From assembly GCA_965213675.1 (NCBI GenBank), contig OZ243916.1:1280001-1344000 (forward strand): DNA of 64,000 nucleotides, given 5' to 3'. Position 1 is the first letter of the stretch. Every line of letters starts with the position of its first letter. A program made the translations under genes and the position numbers. This document shows positions 25,751 to 35,859 of the stretch, piece by piece. The notes under the pieces were generated by a model that worked only from the letters and a program-made list of their open reading frames with translations, had not been told where the DNA came from and did no database searches. The DNA is from an uncultured Candidatus Binatia bacterium (GTDB lineage: Bacteria; Desulfobacterota; Binatia; UBA9968; JAJDTQ01).

Positions 25751-27697
25751 ATGAAATCCCTGACCACGGGTGTCCTCACCCTCATTCTCATCCTCACGTC
25801 TCAACCCGGCGCCGCCCAGTCGCCCCCCGGAGACGCATCGCAGCAACCGCCCGACGTCGCCACCACCGGAAGGGACGTGGAACACCTTCCCGAGATCGTG
25901 GTTTCCGCCAGCCGCGTGCCGCTGGCGGCCAGGTCTGTGGGCAGTTCGATCACCGTCATCACCGCCGACGACATCAAACGCAAGCAGGCACGGGTCGTGT
26001 CCGACCTGCTGCGCGAGGTCCCGGGAGTGGCGGTGCACCGCTCGGGCACACCGGGCACGCTGACCGCGGTGCGGATCCGCGGCTCCGAGCACGGGCACAC
26101 CCTGGTCCTCATCGACGGCGTGAAGGTCAACGACCCGAGCAGCAGCAGCGCCATATACAATTTCGCGGACCTGCTGGCCGCCGATATCCAGCGCATCGAG
26201 ATTCTCCGGGGGCCGCAGAGCGGGATCTACGGCAGCGATGCCATCGGCGGCGTCATCCACATCACCACCCGAAAGGGCCGCGGGCCGGTTCAGGGGAACG
26301 CCAGCATCGAGGGAGGTTCATTTGGCACCAGCAGCGTGTCCGCCGGCATCCGTGGCGGAGGCCTTCGCCACCACTTCGCTCTCGGCGCCACGGGGTATCA
26401 CACCTCCGGGATATCCATCGCCCGGGGAGATGAGGAAGACGGGTACCGGAACCAGACCTACAGCGCCAAGTTCGGCGCCCGACCCGCACGGGGGCTGGAA
26501 CTCGAGCTGAGCGGGCGTTACGTCAAGGCGCGCGTGGAAACCGATTCCGTGCCCGCGGACAGCGCCGATCACACCGAATCGGACCATGTCATGGGCCAGG
26601 GCCGCTTGACCTACAGCCTGCTCGACGGGGACTGGCGGCACGCCTTCGGAGCGGGCATGCACCGGAAGAGGCGCACCGTGGCCAGCCGCTGGGGAACCAA
26701 TCCATACGACGGCAGGAAAACGCGCTTCGACTACGAGACAAACGTATTCTTCGAGACGGCCGCGGTGACCGAAGCGAGCCACACGATCACGTTCGTCGCG
26801 GAGCAGGAGAAGGATTCACAGGAATCCGGCGGGGCCGACTCCGACGTCACCAACCGGGGCTTTTCCAGTGAGTATCAACTCGGGTTGTGGGAGCAACTCT
26901 TTCTGTCCGGCAGCGTGCGTCGAGACGACAACGAGCGCTTCAACGATACGACAACGTTCCGCTTCACCGCCGCCTATGTCATCGACGCCAGCGGTACGCG
27001 ATTCCACGGCAGCTACGGCACGGGAGTGAAGAATCCCACCCTCTCACACCTGTTCCAACAGTTCGGCCGCACCGGTCCGAACCCCGACGTGGAACCGGAG
27101 GAAAGCAAGGGCTGGGACGCAGGCGTGGAGCAAACCTTGCTGGAGGAGCGGCTCTCCCTGGATGTGACCTGGTTCAACAACCGGCCGAACCGTCTGATCT
27201 ACTGGAATGACGCCGGCACGCCCTACGACTGGCAGAACCCCGAGACAGGCAATGACGATTTCTACGACAATCTTGAAGGGACATCGAGGATTCGGGGCTT
27301 GGAACTCACCCTGCGGGCGAACCCCGTCGAAGATGTCCGCCTGTCCGCGCAATACACCTACACCGACGCGAAGGACCCGGATGGCCAACGGCTTCCGCGC
27401 CGGGCCGAGCACATGGCCAGCGTCAACCTGGGTTACCGCTTCCTGGACGGCAGGGCCGGCGTGGACCTCGGCATCGACTACAACGGAAAACAACGCGACA
27501 GGCGGAACGGCGCCGCGATGATCGACGACTTCACCCTCGTCAACGTCGGCGCCAGCTACAAGCTCGGCGGACAGGTAGAGCTGTTCGGACGGATCGACAA
27601 CCTCTTCGACAAGGCCTACGAGGAAGTCCCCGGCTACCGGTCCACCGGCATCGGCTTTCACGCCGGCGCGCGGGGAACATTCGAACTGTTCCAATGA
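25751..27697 (+). CDS. btuB: TonB-dependent corrinoid receptor
   Basis: Signal peptide, EIVVSASR TonB box, IRG, LIDG, RIEILRGPQS, NLFDKAY; riboswitch directly upstream. Confidence 0.9.
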   Translation: MKSLTTGVLTLILILTSQPGAAQSPPGDASQQPPDVATTGRDVEHLPEIVVSASRVPLAARSVGSSITVITADDIKRKQARVVSDLLREVPGVAVHRSGTPGTLTAVRIRGSEHGHTLVLIDGVKVNDPSSSSAIYNFADLLAADIQRIEILRGPQSGIYGSDAIGGVIHITTRKGRGPVQGNASIEGGSFGTSSVSAGIRGGGLRHHFALGATGYHTSGISIARGDEEDGYRNQTYSAKFGARPARGLELELSGRYVKARVETDSVPADSADHTESDHVMGQGRLTYSLLDGDWRHAFGAGMHRKRRTVASRWGTNPYDGRKTRFDYETNVFFETAAVTEASHTITFVAEQEKDSQESGGADSDVTNRGFSSEYQLGLWEQLFLSGSVRRDDNERFNDTTTFRFTAAYVIDASGTRFHGSYGTGVKNPTLSHLFQQFGRTGPNPDVEPEESKGWDAGVEQTLLEERLSLDVTWFNNRPNRLIYWNDAGTPYDWQNPETGNDDFYDNLEGTSRIRGLELTLRANPVEDVRLSAQYTYTDAKDPDGQRLPRRAEHMASVNLGYRFLDGRAGVDLGIDYNGKQRDRRNGAAMIDDFTLVNVGASYKLGGQVELFGRIDNLFDKAYEEVPGYRSTGIGFHAGARGTFELFQ

Positions 27698-27820
27698 GCC
27701 GGAGACCGACGGCAAACCACGCCGTCTCCGATGGTTGCCTATGGAGCCTTGACGCTCGACTTGCTTGGGGATTCTTCGACGGCGCGTCGCACGAACGTCA
27801 ATACAGAAGAGACAACAGCG

Positions 27821-29584
27821 TCACTCTGCCACGAGCGGGACGATGCGCCGTTCCTTGGCGCGCACCAGGCCGCGGCCGGTGATGCGCAGCTCGGGGAGGG
27901 TGACGAAGGTGAGAAAGCACAGGGCGTAGAGGGGCTTGGGGAAGGCGCTGCCGCGTTCCTTCAGGATCCGCTGGACGGCGGCGAGCTTCTCCCCCACTTC
28001 GCGCCAGGGCTCCAGGGAGAAGAGCCCTCCTATGGGAAACGCAAGCTCATTCAGAATGCGGCCCTTGTCCACGACCGCGATGCCGCCGCCATTTTCCAGG
28101 ATCCGGTTCGCGCACAAAGCCATGTCGTAGTCGCTGGAACCCGCCACCAGCAGCGTGTACTCGTCGAGGTTGACGGTGGTGCCCACCGCGCCGACATCGG
28201 CTCCCAGGCCACGAACGAAACCGAAGACGGGGCTGAAGCCCTCCCGGCGGTCGAACACCGCGACCTTGAGGAGGTCGGCATCCACGTCGGCCGCGATGGC
28301 CCCACCGGCACAAGGCGCCTCGACAACGCGTTCCCGCGTGATGGTCTGGTTGATCAGGTCCATGACGCGGATGCGGGCACGGGAGGCCTCGCAGCGAATG
28401 CGCATGTCCTCGGCGGTCACGGGCAGGCGGAAGGCGGTCTTGAGACCCATGCCGTCGGGGAAACCGGGCGGAACGACGTCCACGTTCGACTCGCCGGCCT
28501 TGGCCACCGGTTCGCCGCCGATCCAGGTCGCGCTGACGCGCACGGCGTCCAGGTCGTCCAACAGCACGAAGTCGGCGAACCGGCCGGGCGCGAGGCCGCC
28601 GAGTTCCTGTTCCAGGCCGGAGTAGGTCGCCGGGTGCAGGGTGGCGGCCTGAATGGCGCGCACCGGGCTCAGTCCGCACGCCACGGCGCGGCGGATTACG
28701 TGGTCCATGTGACCGTGGGCTGCGACATCGTCCGGGGCCATGCCATCGCTCACCAGAATCAACCGGCCGGTATCCACGCCGGCGGCCAGGAGCGGTTTGA
28801 GGGTGGCTTCGAGGTCCTGCCGAAAGGAGCCCTCGCGCAGCATGGTCCAATAACCCAGCCGCAGGCGCGCCAAGGCGTCCTCACCGTGGATGGCCTCGTG
28901 GCACGACGATACCGAAGCGGCGGCGATGGCGTTGAGGCGCCGGTCCCGCGCCCCCGCCGTGTGGCCATGAACGATCTTGCCCTGGTCGAGGGTCATGCCG
29001 ATGCGCTCCACCAGTTCCGGATCGCCTTGCACCAGCCGCAGCCACGAGACCACCTCGCCCAGGCCCAACACCCGGGGGTCGCGCAGCACCTCCTCCACCT
29101 GCCGTACCGACAGGGACTCGGTCTCGCACAGCAGCGGATCCTGGGGCGCGGCCATGGAGATCAGGGTGTGAACCCGGAGCGGGTGGCAGGCGACCTCGTC
29201 GAGGAAGAGCTTCATGCCGGCGAAGCCGAAGGCCACGGTGTGCTCGTCGCACGAGGCCATCAGCGCAGTGGTGCCGTGGGGCACGTAGGCTTGCAACAGT
29301 TCGAAGGGACGGCAGAAGTGGCCGATGTGCGTGTGGGCGTCGATGAAGCCGGGCGCGAGCCAGCGGCCACCGGCGTCCAGCACCTGGGTGTCGTCGCCGC
29401 GGGCGTGGTCCGCGCTGGGGCCAAGGTAACAGATCCGCCCATCGCTCACCGCCATCTCCACGCCATCCAGAATCTCGCCGCTGTAGACGTTGACCAGCCG
29501 CCCGCCCGTCACCACCAGGTCGGCCTTTATTTCGCCCAGGCTGGCGCGTATCAGGCGTGGAATCGTTTCCTTGGACTTGTGCAT
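27821..29584 (-). CDS. ade: Adenine deaminase (long amidohydrolase type)
   Basis: PGFIDAHTH, HGH, CHE, LREGS, SDG, ADFVLL, FVTLPELRIT; 587 aa. Confidence 0.87.
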   Translation of the reverse strand: MHKSKETIPRLIRASLGEIKADLVVTGGRLVNVYSGEILDGVEMAVSDGRICYLGPSADHARGDDTQVLDAGGRWLAPGFIDAHTHIGHFCRPFELLQAYVPHGTTALMASCDEHTVAFGFAGMKLFLDEVACHPLRVHTLISMAAPQDPLLCETESLSVRQVEEVLRDPRVLGLGEVVSWLRLVQGDPELVERIGMTLDQGKIVHGHTAGARDRRLNAIAAASVSSCHEAIHGEDALARLRLGYWTMLREGSFRQDLEATLKPLLAAGVDTGRLILVSDGMAPDDVAAHGHMDHVIRRAVACGLSPVRAIQAATLHPATYSGLEQELGGLAPGRFADFVLLDDLDAVRVSATWIGGEPVAKAGESNVDVVPPGFPDGMGLKTAFRLPVTAEDMRIRCEASRARIRVMDLINQTITRERVVEAPCAGGAIAADVDADLLKVAVFDRREGFSPVFGFVRGLGADVGAVGTTVNLDEYTLLVAGSSDYDMALCANRILENGGGIAVVDKGRILNELAFPIGGLFSLEPWREVGEKLAAVQRILKERGSAFPKPLYALCFLTFVTLPELRITGRGLVRAKERRIVPLVAE

Positions 29585-29590
29585 GGGTGA

Positions 29591-29619
29591 TTGTCTTGCC
29601 TCGGCCTTTGCCTTACCAT
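29591..29619 (+). promoter_or_regulatory. Putative sigma70 promoter giving a leaderless mRNA
   Basis: TTGTCT-17 nt-TACCAT; the GTG start is 7 nt downstream with no SD. Confidence 0.45.
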
Positions 29620-29625
29620 GGCCGC

Positions 29626-30381
29626 GTGAAAAATCTCGTGCTGCGCAACATCACCAAGCGCTTCGGATCGGTGACGGCCGTGGACGGCTTCGACCTCGAA
29701 GTGGAACAGGGCGAGTTCGTGGTCATCATCGGTGAAAGCGGGTGCGGCAAGACCACGCTGCTGCGCGTCATCGCCGGGCTGGAGACTCCGGACATGGGCG
29801 AGGTCTTCATCGGCGGCGCGCCGGTGAACGATTTGCCCGCCGGCCGCCGGGACGTGCAACTCATCTTCCAGAGCTACGCGCTGTGGCCGCACATGCGCGT
29901 ATTCGAGGACCGCAAGTACGCCAACCTGACGCTGCCGTTGCGCATTCGCAAGTGGTCCGTGGACGCCATCCGCGAATTGATACGACCACTGGCCAAGGCA
30001 CTGAACATCGAGGAGCGGTTGTTCGAACGCAAACCGCAGGAACTGTCCGCCGGGCAGCAACAGCGCGTGGCCTTGGCCCGGGCCATGACCACGTTCCCGC
30101 GGATCATGCTCATGGACGAGCCACTGAGCAACCTCGACCCACCCAACCGCCGCCGGGTGCGGGAGGAGATCCGCGCATTCCACCGGGACCAGCACCTTAC
30201 CACCCTCTTCGTGACCCACAATCTGGAGGACGCCCTGGAGATGGCGGACCGCATCGCGCTCATGCACGAGGGACGCCTGGAGCAGTTTGGCACGGCCCAG
30301 AGCCTGATGCGCCACCCGGCCAACGCATACGTCAGCGAGTACTTCCGCGTCCGGCCGTCCTATGGCGTGCCGTTTCAGTAA
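29626..30381 (+). CDS. ABC transporter ATPase (MalK/PotA-like), orphan
   Basis: GESGCGKTT, FQSYALWPH, LSAGQQQR, MDEPLSNLD, VTH. Confidence 0.9.
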   Translation: MKNLVLRNITKRFGSVTAVDGFDLEVEQGEFVVIIGESGCGKTTLLRVIAGLETPDMGEVFIGGAPVNDLPAGRRDVQLIFQSYALWPHMRVFEDRKYANLTLPLRIRKWSVDAIRELIRPLAKALNIEERLFERKPQELSAGQQQRVALARAMTTFPRIMLMDEPLSNLDPPNRRRVREEIRAFHRDQHLTTLFVTHNLEDALEMADRIALMHEGRLEQFGTAQSLMRHPANAYVSEYFRVRPSYGVPFQ

Positions 30382-30515
30382 TCACGCGCAGCCGTTGACC
30401 CGGGCGCCGTGTGGCAGCGCCATCCCGACCTCCCACCGCCGCGGCCGGCCCGGGACGCGCAGCTTGCGTGATCCGGCCATGGTCCTGAATCCACCCCCCT
30501 GCGGCGACGCGTCCC

Positions 30516-31505
30516 TCAGATCTTGAACGCCTCGCGTGTATTGACCGCGTACAGGCTTTCCAGGTCCACGGGATTCTTGATGACGCCCTGCTCCAGCAGG
30601 TAGGAGTGAAAGGTCTCCAGGGTCTTGCGGTTGCTCTCGAAGCCGTAGGGCCAGTAGTCCTCGCCCATAAGGTCCACCGTCTCTTCGTATTCGAACAGGT
30701 ACCAGAGATGGTGCGTGCGCAGCACGTTGGTATCGTAGATCTGCGACGCGCACAGGTCCTTGGCCCGGCAGAAGGCCTTGTAGAGGTTCTGGGTCACCCA
30801 CGGGTGGGCCTCGTGGATCTCCCGGCGCACCACGATGCAATGCATGATGGGGAACAGGCCGGTGCGGCGGAAGTAGTCCATCTCGGCGGCGCGGCAGTCC
30901 TTGAAGAGCCGGGCAATGCCGGGGGCGCGGCGCACAAAGCACGACGGCATGCGCGCCGACACCAGCGCGTCGATGTCGCCCTTTTCCAGCATGTCGTCGA
31001 GGGTGCGTTCCTCCTCGGTCTCGATCTCCACCCCGGCAGGCGCGTCGAATGGCACCCGGTCCTTGCGTCCCGGCTGCTCCACGCCGCCCTGGACCCAGTG
31101 GACGTCTCTGGCCTCCACGCCGAAGTCGTGCTGCAGCATGCCGCGCACCCACACCGAGGCGGTCATGGTGTACTCGGGCACTCCCACGCGCCGGCCCTTG
31201 AGGTCTTCGGGCTTCTCGATGCCCGAAGCTGCGTTGACGAAGATGCAGCGGTGCCGGAACATGCGCGACGGGAACACCGGGATGGCGATGAACGGGCGAT
31301 GGCCGCGGGAGGCGTCCACATGGTAGGCGCCCATGGACATCTCCGCGGCGTCGAATTCGTGAAAATGGAGCATGCGCCAGAAGATCTCCTCCACGGGCAG
31401 CGCCACGTAGTTGAGATCAATGCCGTCGGGCTTCACCAGCCCGTCCTTGAGGGCCCGGGTGCGGTCGTAGTCCTCGCATGCCAGTGTCAGTTCGATGTTG
31501 GCCAT
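30516..31505 (-). CDS. 4,5-dihydroxyphthalate-decarboxylase-like / PBP-fold protein
   Basis: YDRT, EFDAAEMS, IPVFPSRMFRH, GVPEYTMTA, FPIMH, YWPYG. Confidence 0.8.
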   Translation of the reverse strand: MANIELTLACEDYDRTRALKDGLVKPDGIDLNYVALPVEEIFWRMLHFHEFDAAEMSMGAYHVDASRGHRPFIAIPVFPSRMFRHRCIFVNAASGIEKPEDLKGRRVGVPEYTMTASVWVRGMLQHDFGVEARDVHWVQGGVEQPGRKDRVPFDAPAGVEIETEEERTLDDMLEKGDIDALVSARMPSCFVRRAPGIARLFKDCRAAEMDYFRRTGLFPIMHCIVVRREIHEAHPWVTQNLYKAFCRAKDLCASQIYDTNVLRTHHLWYLFEYEETVDLMGEDYWPYGFESNRKTLETFHSYLLEQGVIKNPVDLESLYAVNTREAFKI

Positions 31506-31620
31506 GGATACCTCGGTTTCTGTTGGGTTCCGTGCGCGTGGCCGAGATGGAAGTGGCGCCATCCGGCCCACGAGCATCCATCCCTGCGCGCCCGCGGGTC
31601 ATCACCTTGCCTCACGCCGC

Positions 31621-31649
31621 CTGGATTCCCGTCGTCACGGGAATGACGG
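31621..31649. repeat. REP-like palindrome
   Basis: ctggattcccgtcgtcacgggaatgacgg; a half copy cgcgggaatgacgg is at 20026-20039. Confidence 0.6.
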
Positions 31650-31681
31650 CGAGAAGTGTGGCCGGACGTTGCCGGCCAGTC

Positions 31682-32968
31682 TTATCGGGGCATGCAGCAG
31701 CGCTTGTACTTGCGGCCGCTGCCGCACGGGCAGGGGTCGTTGCGTCCGGCCACGGGACGAGCCGCGGCGTCTGCTTCGCGCACCTGCCGCATGACTTTCT
31801 CCATGGGCTCGCCGGCCTGCCACAGGCCGGCCATGGTGTTCAGGTGCTCGCGGCTGTGGATGAAGAACTTCTTGTAGCCGGCGCACAGGTAGTTGAGCCC
31901 GTCCTCCCCTTCCGGGGTCTTGATAAAGCGGTCCTTGGGGCAGCCGCCGTTGCATTGGGCGCGCACCTCGCACTCGCGGCAGTACCGCGGCAGCGTCGTC
32001 CACTTGTCGCGGCCGAACCGGCGCTGGGCGTCGCTGTCGATCATTTGCGCCAGCGGCGTCTCGTGGATGTTGCCGACGCGATACTCCGGCTCCACATAGT
32101 GGTCGCAGGAATAGAAGTCACCGTTGTGTTCCACCACCGGCACGTCGCCGCAGGTCTCCCGGAAGATGCACAGGGCGTGCTCGATGCCCAGGCCGGTGCG
32201 CGCCGCCTCGTCGAAGATCTGGATGGTGACCCGGCCCACGTCGTTGCGGATCCATTCGTCAAAGATGGCGCACAGGAACGTGCCGAAGGCCTCGGCCGGC
32301 ACGCTGCGCGGGCTCACGGCGCCGTCCGCCCCCACCGGCTCCACCAGCGGGATGAACTGTTGGTGGTCCGCGCCGATGCTCTTGAAGTAGCGGTACACCG
32401 TGGCGGGGTGGCCGACGTTGCCGGCGTGCACCACGCAGAGCACGTCGCAGGGCACGCGGTGCGCCTTGAGGCGCTTGTACGCCTGAAGCACCTTCCGGTG
32501 GGTGGGCTGCTGGCCCTTGGTGACGCGGTATTCGTCGTGGAGCTTTTCAGGGCCATCGAGGCTCAGGCCGATGGAGAAGCCTTCGCCGGCAAAGAACCGG
32601 CACCACTCGTCGTCCAGCAGGACGCCGTTGGTCTGCATGCCGTTGCGCACCTTGCGGCCCGGCGGGCAGTGCTTGCGCTGGAGCGCCACGATCTCGCGGA
32701 AGTAATCGAGCCCCAGGATCGTGGGTTCGCCGCCGTGCCAGGCGAAGTCGATGACCGGCTCCGGTGAGGCCTGAATGTGCTGGGCGATGTATTCCTCCAG
32801 CACGCCGGAATCCATGCGGAAGGACTTCGCCTCCGGGTAGAGGTCTTCCTTCTTGAGGTAGTAGCAGTAGACGCAGTCCAGATTGCAGATGGCCCCGGTG
32901 GGCTTGGCCATGATCTGGAAGCCGCGGGAGGCGGGCGGGGGAACGGGCTTGATCAGTTCGATGGCCAT
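31682..32968 (-). CDS. Anaerobic sulfatase maturase (radical SAM/SPASM) with C-terminal SEC-C motif
   Basis: KPTGAICNLDCVYCYY, WHGGEP, QTNG, YSCDH, CxxC...CNGGCPK, GRNDPCPCGSGRKYKRCC. Confidence 0.92.
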   Translation of the reverse strand: MAIELIKPVPPPASRGFQIMAKPTGAICNLDCVYCYYLKKEDLYPEAKSFRMDSGVLEEYIAQHIQASPEPVIDFAWHGGEPTILGLDYFREIVALQRKHCPPGRKVRNGMQTNGVLLDDEWCRFFAGEGFSIGLSLDGPEKLHDEYRVTKGQQPTHRKVLQAYKRLKAHRVPCDVLCVVHAGNVGHPATVYRYFKSIGADHQQFIPLVEPVGADGAVSPRSVPAEAFGTFLCAIFDEWIRNDVGRVTIQIFDEAARTGLGIEHALCIFRETCGDVPVVEHNGDFYSCDHYVEPEYRVGNIHETPLAQMIDSDAQRRFGRDKWTTLPRYCRECEVRAQCNGGCPKDRFIKTPEGEDGLNYLCAGYKKFFIHSREHLNTMAGLWQAGEPMEKVMRQVREADAAARPVAGRNDPCPCGSGRKYKRCCMPR

Positions 32969-33023
32969 TGGAGAGCATGCGGGGGGCGACCGTCCGGCCG
33001 CCCCCCGCGGTCGTCGACGGCGC

Positions 33024-33884
33024 TCAGTCCATGCCGAAGAACTTCTTGGCGTTGTCCAGCATGAGCTTCTGCTTGACCTCGGGCTTGATGGCGATCTTCT
33101 CGAAGTCGTTCAGCCAGCGCTCCACGCCGATGGCCGGCCAGTCGGAACCGAACATGGCCTTGTCCTGAAGGATCGAATTCACCTGCTGGACCAGCTCGGC
33201 GGCGAAGTATTTGGGCGACCACCCCGAGAGGTCGATGTAGAAGTTGCTCTTGTGCCGGGCGATGGCGAGACTCTCGGCCGTCCAGGGCCACGACGGGTGG
33301 GCGCAGATGATCTTCAACTCGGGAAAATCGGCGGCCACGTCATCGAGATGGATCGGCTGGGTGAACTTGAGCTTGTTGCCCATGCCGCCGGGGGTGCCGG
33401 CGCCGGCGCCGGCCATGCCGCTGTGGAAAAGGATCGGCAGCTCGAGCTTCTGGCATTCCTCCCACAGAGGATAGAAGCGGGTGTCGTTGGGAAAGAACTG
33501 CTGCCGGGCCGGGTTGATCTCGCCGACGCCGTGCAGGCCGAGGTCCTTGATGCGCTGGATCTCCTGCAGCGCCACCTTCTGCTGCCACGGATCGATGACG
33601 CCGAAGCCCATGAAGACGTCGGAGTTCCGTTTCACGCCGTCGGCCACGTGTTTGTTGGGAACCGGCGTCAACCCCGTGATGGTCTCGTCGGTGGTGTTCT
33701 GAATCACCGCCATCATGTTGCGCTCGCGGTACTGGTCCGCCATCTCGTCGATGGACACGGGCTTGCGTTCCCGCTTGAAGTACTGCGCCATCTGCTTTGG
33801 GCGGTCACCCTTGGAACTCAGGGTCAGCTCATCGCAAAGGTGCACGTGCACGTCGATGGCAATGGGGTCCGTGATCGGGTCCAT
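33024..33884 (-). CDS. Amidohydrolase-2 family protein
   Basis: IDVHVH, FHSG, AHPSWPW, IDLSGWSPKY, FGSDWP. Confidence 0.88.
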   Translation of the reverse strand: MDPITDPIAIDVHVHLCDELTLSSKGDRPKQMAQYFKRERKPVSIDEMADQYRERNMMAVIQNTTDETITGLTPVPNKHVADGVKRNSDVFMGFGVIDPWQQKVALQEIQRIKDLGLHGVGEINPARQQFFPNDTRFYPLWEECQKLELPILFHSGMAGAGAGTPGGMGNKLKFTQPIHLDDVAADFPELKIICAHPSWPWTAESLAIARHKSNFYIDLSGWSPKYFAAELVQQVNSILQDKAMFGSDWPAIGVERWLNDFEKIAIKPEVKQKLMLDNAKKFFGMD

Positions 33885-34038
33885 ACTGTCGATCCTCCTT
33901 GGGGTTTGGTCGAGTGCCGGCGGCTGCGCGCCGCGCGCGCATCAGGGTTCTGTAGCTACCACGAACCGTGCTGGCTGGCCAGCGGCCCTGCCATGCGCAC
34001 GCGCGGACAGGCGGCAACGCTTTCGCGCGTCCTGGCGC

Positions 34039-34521
34039 TCACTCCCACGGCGCGGCCCGCAGCTCCGCCAGCGTCTTGTCGAGCATCGTCTGCATGAACC
34101 CGGCGTTGCCGCTCTCGTTCCACTCGTAACGCACGCCGGTGACAATGGCCGCTCCCGGATCCTGATCCTCCAGGACCGTGTGAAGTTCCACCTGAAACAG
34201 GGCAAACATGGTGTCCGCCAGTTGTTCCCGCGTGCGCCGGGCGTTGCCCTTGAGGTAGTAGTTCACGCCGGCGTCCGTGACCACGCAGGTCATGGCGCCG
34301 GTGCGCACGAGATTGCGTTCCGTCGTGCTGTTCCGACCCACGGCCAAGTGGATGCGGTGCGGCGTCTTGGCCACCATTTCGTAATACGACGCCATGGCGG
34401 GATGCGCCCATCCCTTGTCGTCCACCGTGGCCATGACCACGACCTTCCCCGCCTGAACGTCTTGCCCGTTCATGAGCGCGAACAGTTCGTCCGGCATTTC
34501 CTTCCCCACCAGTCGTGACAT
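34039..34521 (-). CDS. Pyridoxamine 5'-phosphate oxidase-like (split-barrel) protein
   Basis: ATVDDKGWAH, STTERNL. Confidence 0.7.
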   Translation of the reverse strand: MSRLVGKEMPDELFALMNGQDVQAGKVVVMATVDDKGWAHPAMASYYEMVAKTPHRIHLAVGRNSTTERNLVRTGAMTCVVTDAGVNYYLKGNARRTREQLADTMFALFQVELHTVLEDQDPGAAIVTGVRYEWNESGNAGFMQTMLDKTLAELRAAPWE

Positions 34522-34711
34522 GATTGCCTCCTCCCCCGGAGCCTGCGTCGCGGAGATTACCGGGGCTGGTCTGTCTTCGAGTCCGCCTCGCCCAAGCGTG
34601 TCCCGAGTCCACCGAAGGACACCGGATGCACGGTCGCGGCCTCACCCAAGTCGCCGGAGAAGTTCCGAAGTCAGCGGCACGTCCGGCGCCGGGCGCCGCA
34701 CGCTTGCCGCT

Positions 34712-35197
34712 TCAACGCGACGCCGCGCGCGCCGGCAGGGCCAATTCCTGCCGCTTGCCGAAACCCTGCTGGTTGTCGATGTAGTACAGCCTCTCCGGGA
34801 TCACCCGGTAGAACTTCACCTTGAGAAACGCCTTGTGGTAGACGCCGCTCGCCGGGTCCGTGAAAAGCTTGATGATGCCCGGATACTTGCGCGCGTACAC
34901 GGCCAGGGCCTTGCCCTTGGCGATGACCGAATCCACCAACTCGACGGCGCCCTCGAGCTGGATTCCCTTGATGTCGCGCCAATCCTGGTAATCCTCCTGA
35001 ACGGTCACCGCCACCCGCGGGTTGTCCGCAAGATTGGCGCAATGGCGCGAGTCGGGCGACGAGAAGAAATAGAGGCGGAATCCGTCGCTGGCGTAGAACA
35101 CCGTGGCGTTCCACGGCACACCGTCGCGGCACGTGCCGAGAGTCATGGTGTTGTGGGTGCGGAGGTACTCCAGGATCTGTTCTTCGAGATCGGCCAT
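34712..35197 (-). CDS. Pyridoxamine 5'-phosphate oxidase-like FMN-binding protein
   Basis: MTLGT, PWNATVFY, SRHCANL, IKGIQLEG, IDNQQGFGKR. Confidence 0.8.
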   Translation of the reverse strand: MADLEEQILEYLRTHNTMTLGTCRDGVPWNATVFYASDGFRLYFFSSPDSRHCANLADNPRVAVTVQEDYQDWRDIKGIQLEGAVELVDSVIAKGKALAVYARKYPGIIKLFTDPASGVYHKAFLKVKFYRVIPERLYYIDNQQGFGKRQELALPARAASR

Positions 35198-35240
35198 GCG
35201 GACTTTCGCGCGGGCGGCCCGGCGCTCACCCGGCTCCGGT

Positions 35241-35834
35241 TCATTCCTTGTCGCCGGGATAGCGGCTCAGGGACTCCTCGTCCCACCGGTGGAACATGTC
35301 GGTCTCGACATCGAACTGGTCGAGAATACGCGCCACGGTCTGGTTGATGACATCGTCCAGCGTCTGGGGCCGGTGATAGAAGGCGGGCACGGGCGGAAAG
35401 ATCACCGCGCCCATGCGCGTGAGCTGCGCCATGCTCTCCAGATGCCCCAGATGCAGTGGGGTCTCCCGCACCACCAGCACGAGCTTCTTGCGCTCCTTCA
35501 GGATCACGTCCGAGGCGCGCACCAGCAGGTCGCCCCCGACGGACATCACGATGCCCCCCATGGACTTCATGGAGCACGGCGCGATGACCATTCCCTCGGT
35601 GCGGAACGAACCGCTGGCAATGCTGGCGCCGATATTGTTGATATCGTGCACCATATCGGCCATGTCCTCCACTTCCTTGACCGTGTGGGGTGTCTCCACC
35701 TGGAGGGTCATCTTCGCCGCCTTGCTCATGACCAGGTGGGTCTCGATATCCGGTATCCGGTGCAGTACCTGGAGAATGCGGATTCCATAGATGGACCCGG
35801 TGGCCCCGGACAGGCCTACGATGACACGACGCAT
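35241..35834 (-). CDS. ubiX: Flavin prenyltransferase
   Basis: GLSGATG, IASGSF, APCSMKS, RETP, PAFYHRP; AGGAGG RBS. Confidence 0.95.
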   Translation of the reverse strand: MRRVIVGLSGATGSIYGIRILQVLHRIPDIETHLVMSKAAKMTLQVETPHTVKEVEDMADMVHDINNIGASIASGSFRTEGMVIAPCSMKSMGGIVMSVGGDLLVRASDVILKERKKLVLVVRETPLHLGHLESMAQLTRMGAVIFPPVPAFYHRPQTLDDVINQTVARILDQFDVETDMFHRWDEESLSRYPGDKE

Positions 35835-35859
35835 GCGCACTTACCTCCTGTGAACCTGT

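Noticed and set aside
27670-27697. BtuB ending ...GTFELFQ rather than in a terminal Phe
   Set aside because: A short extension only; not enough to call the gene defective.
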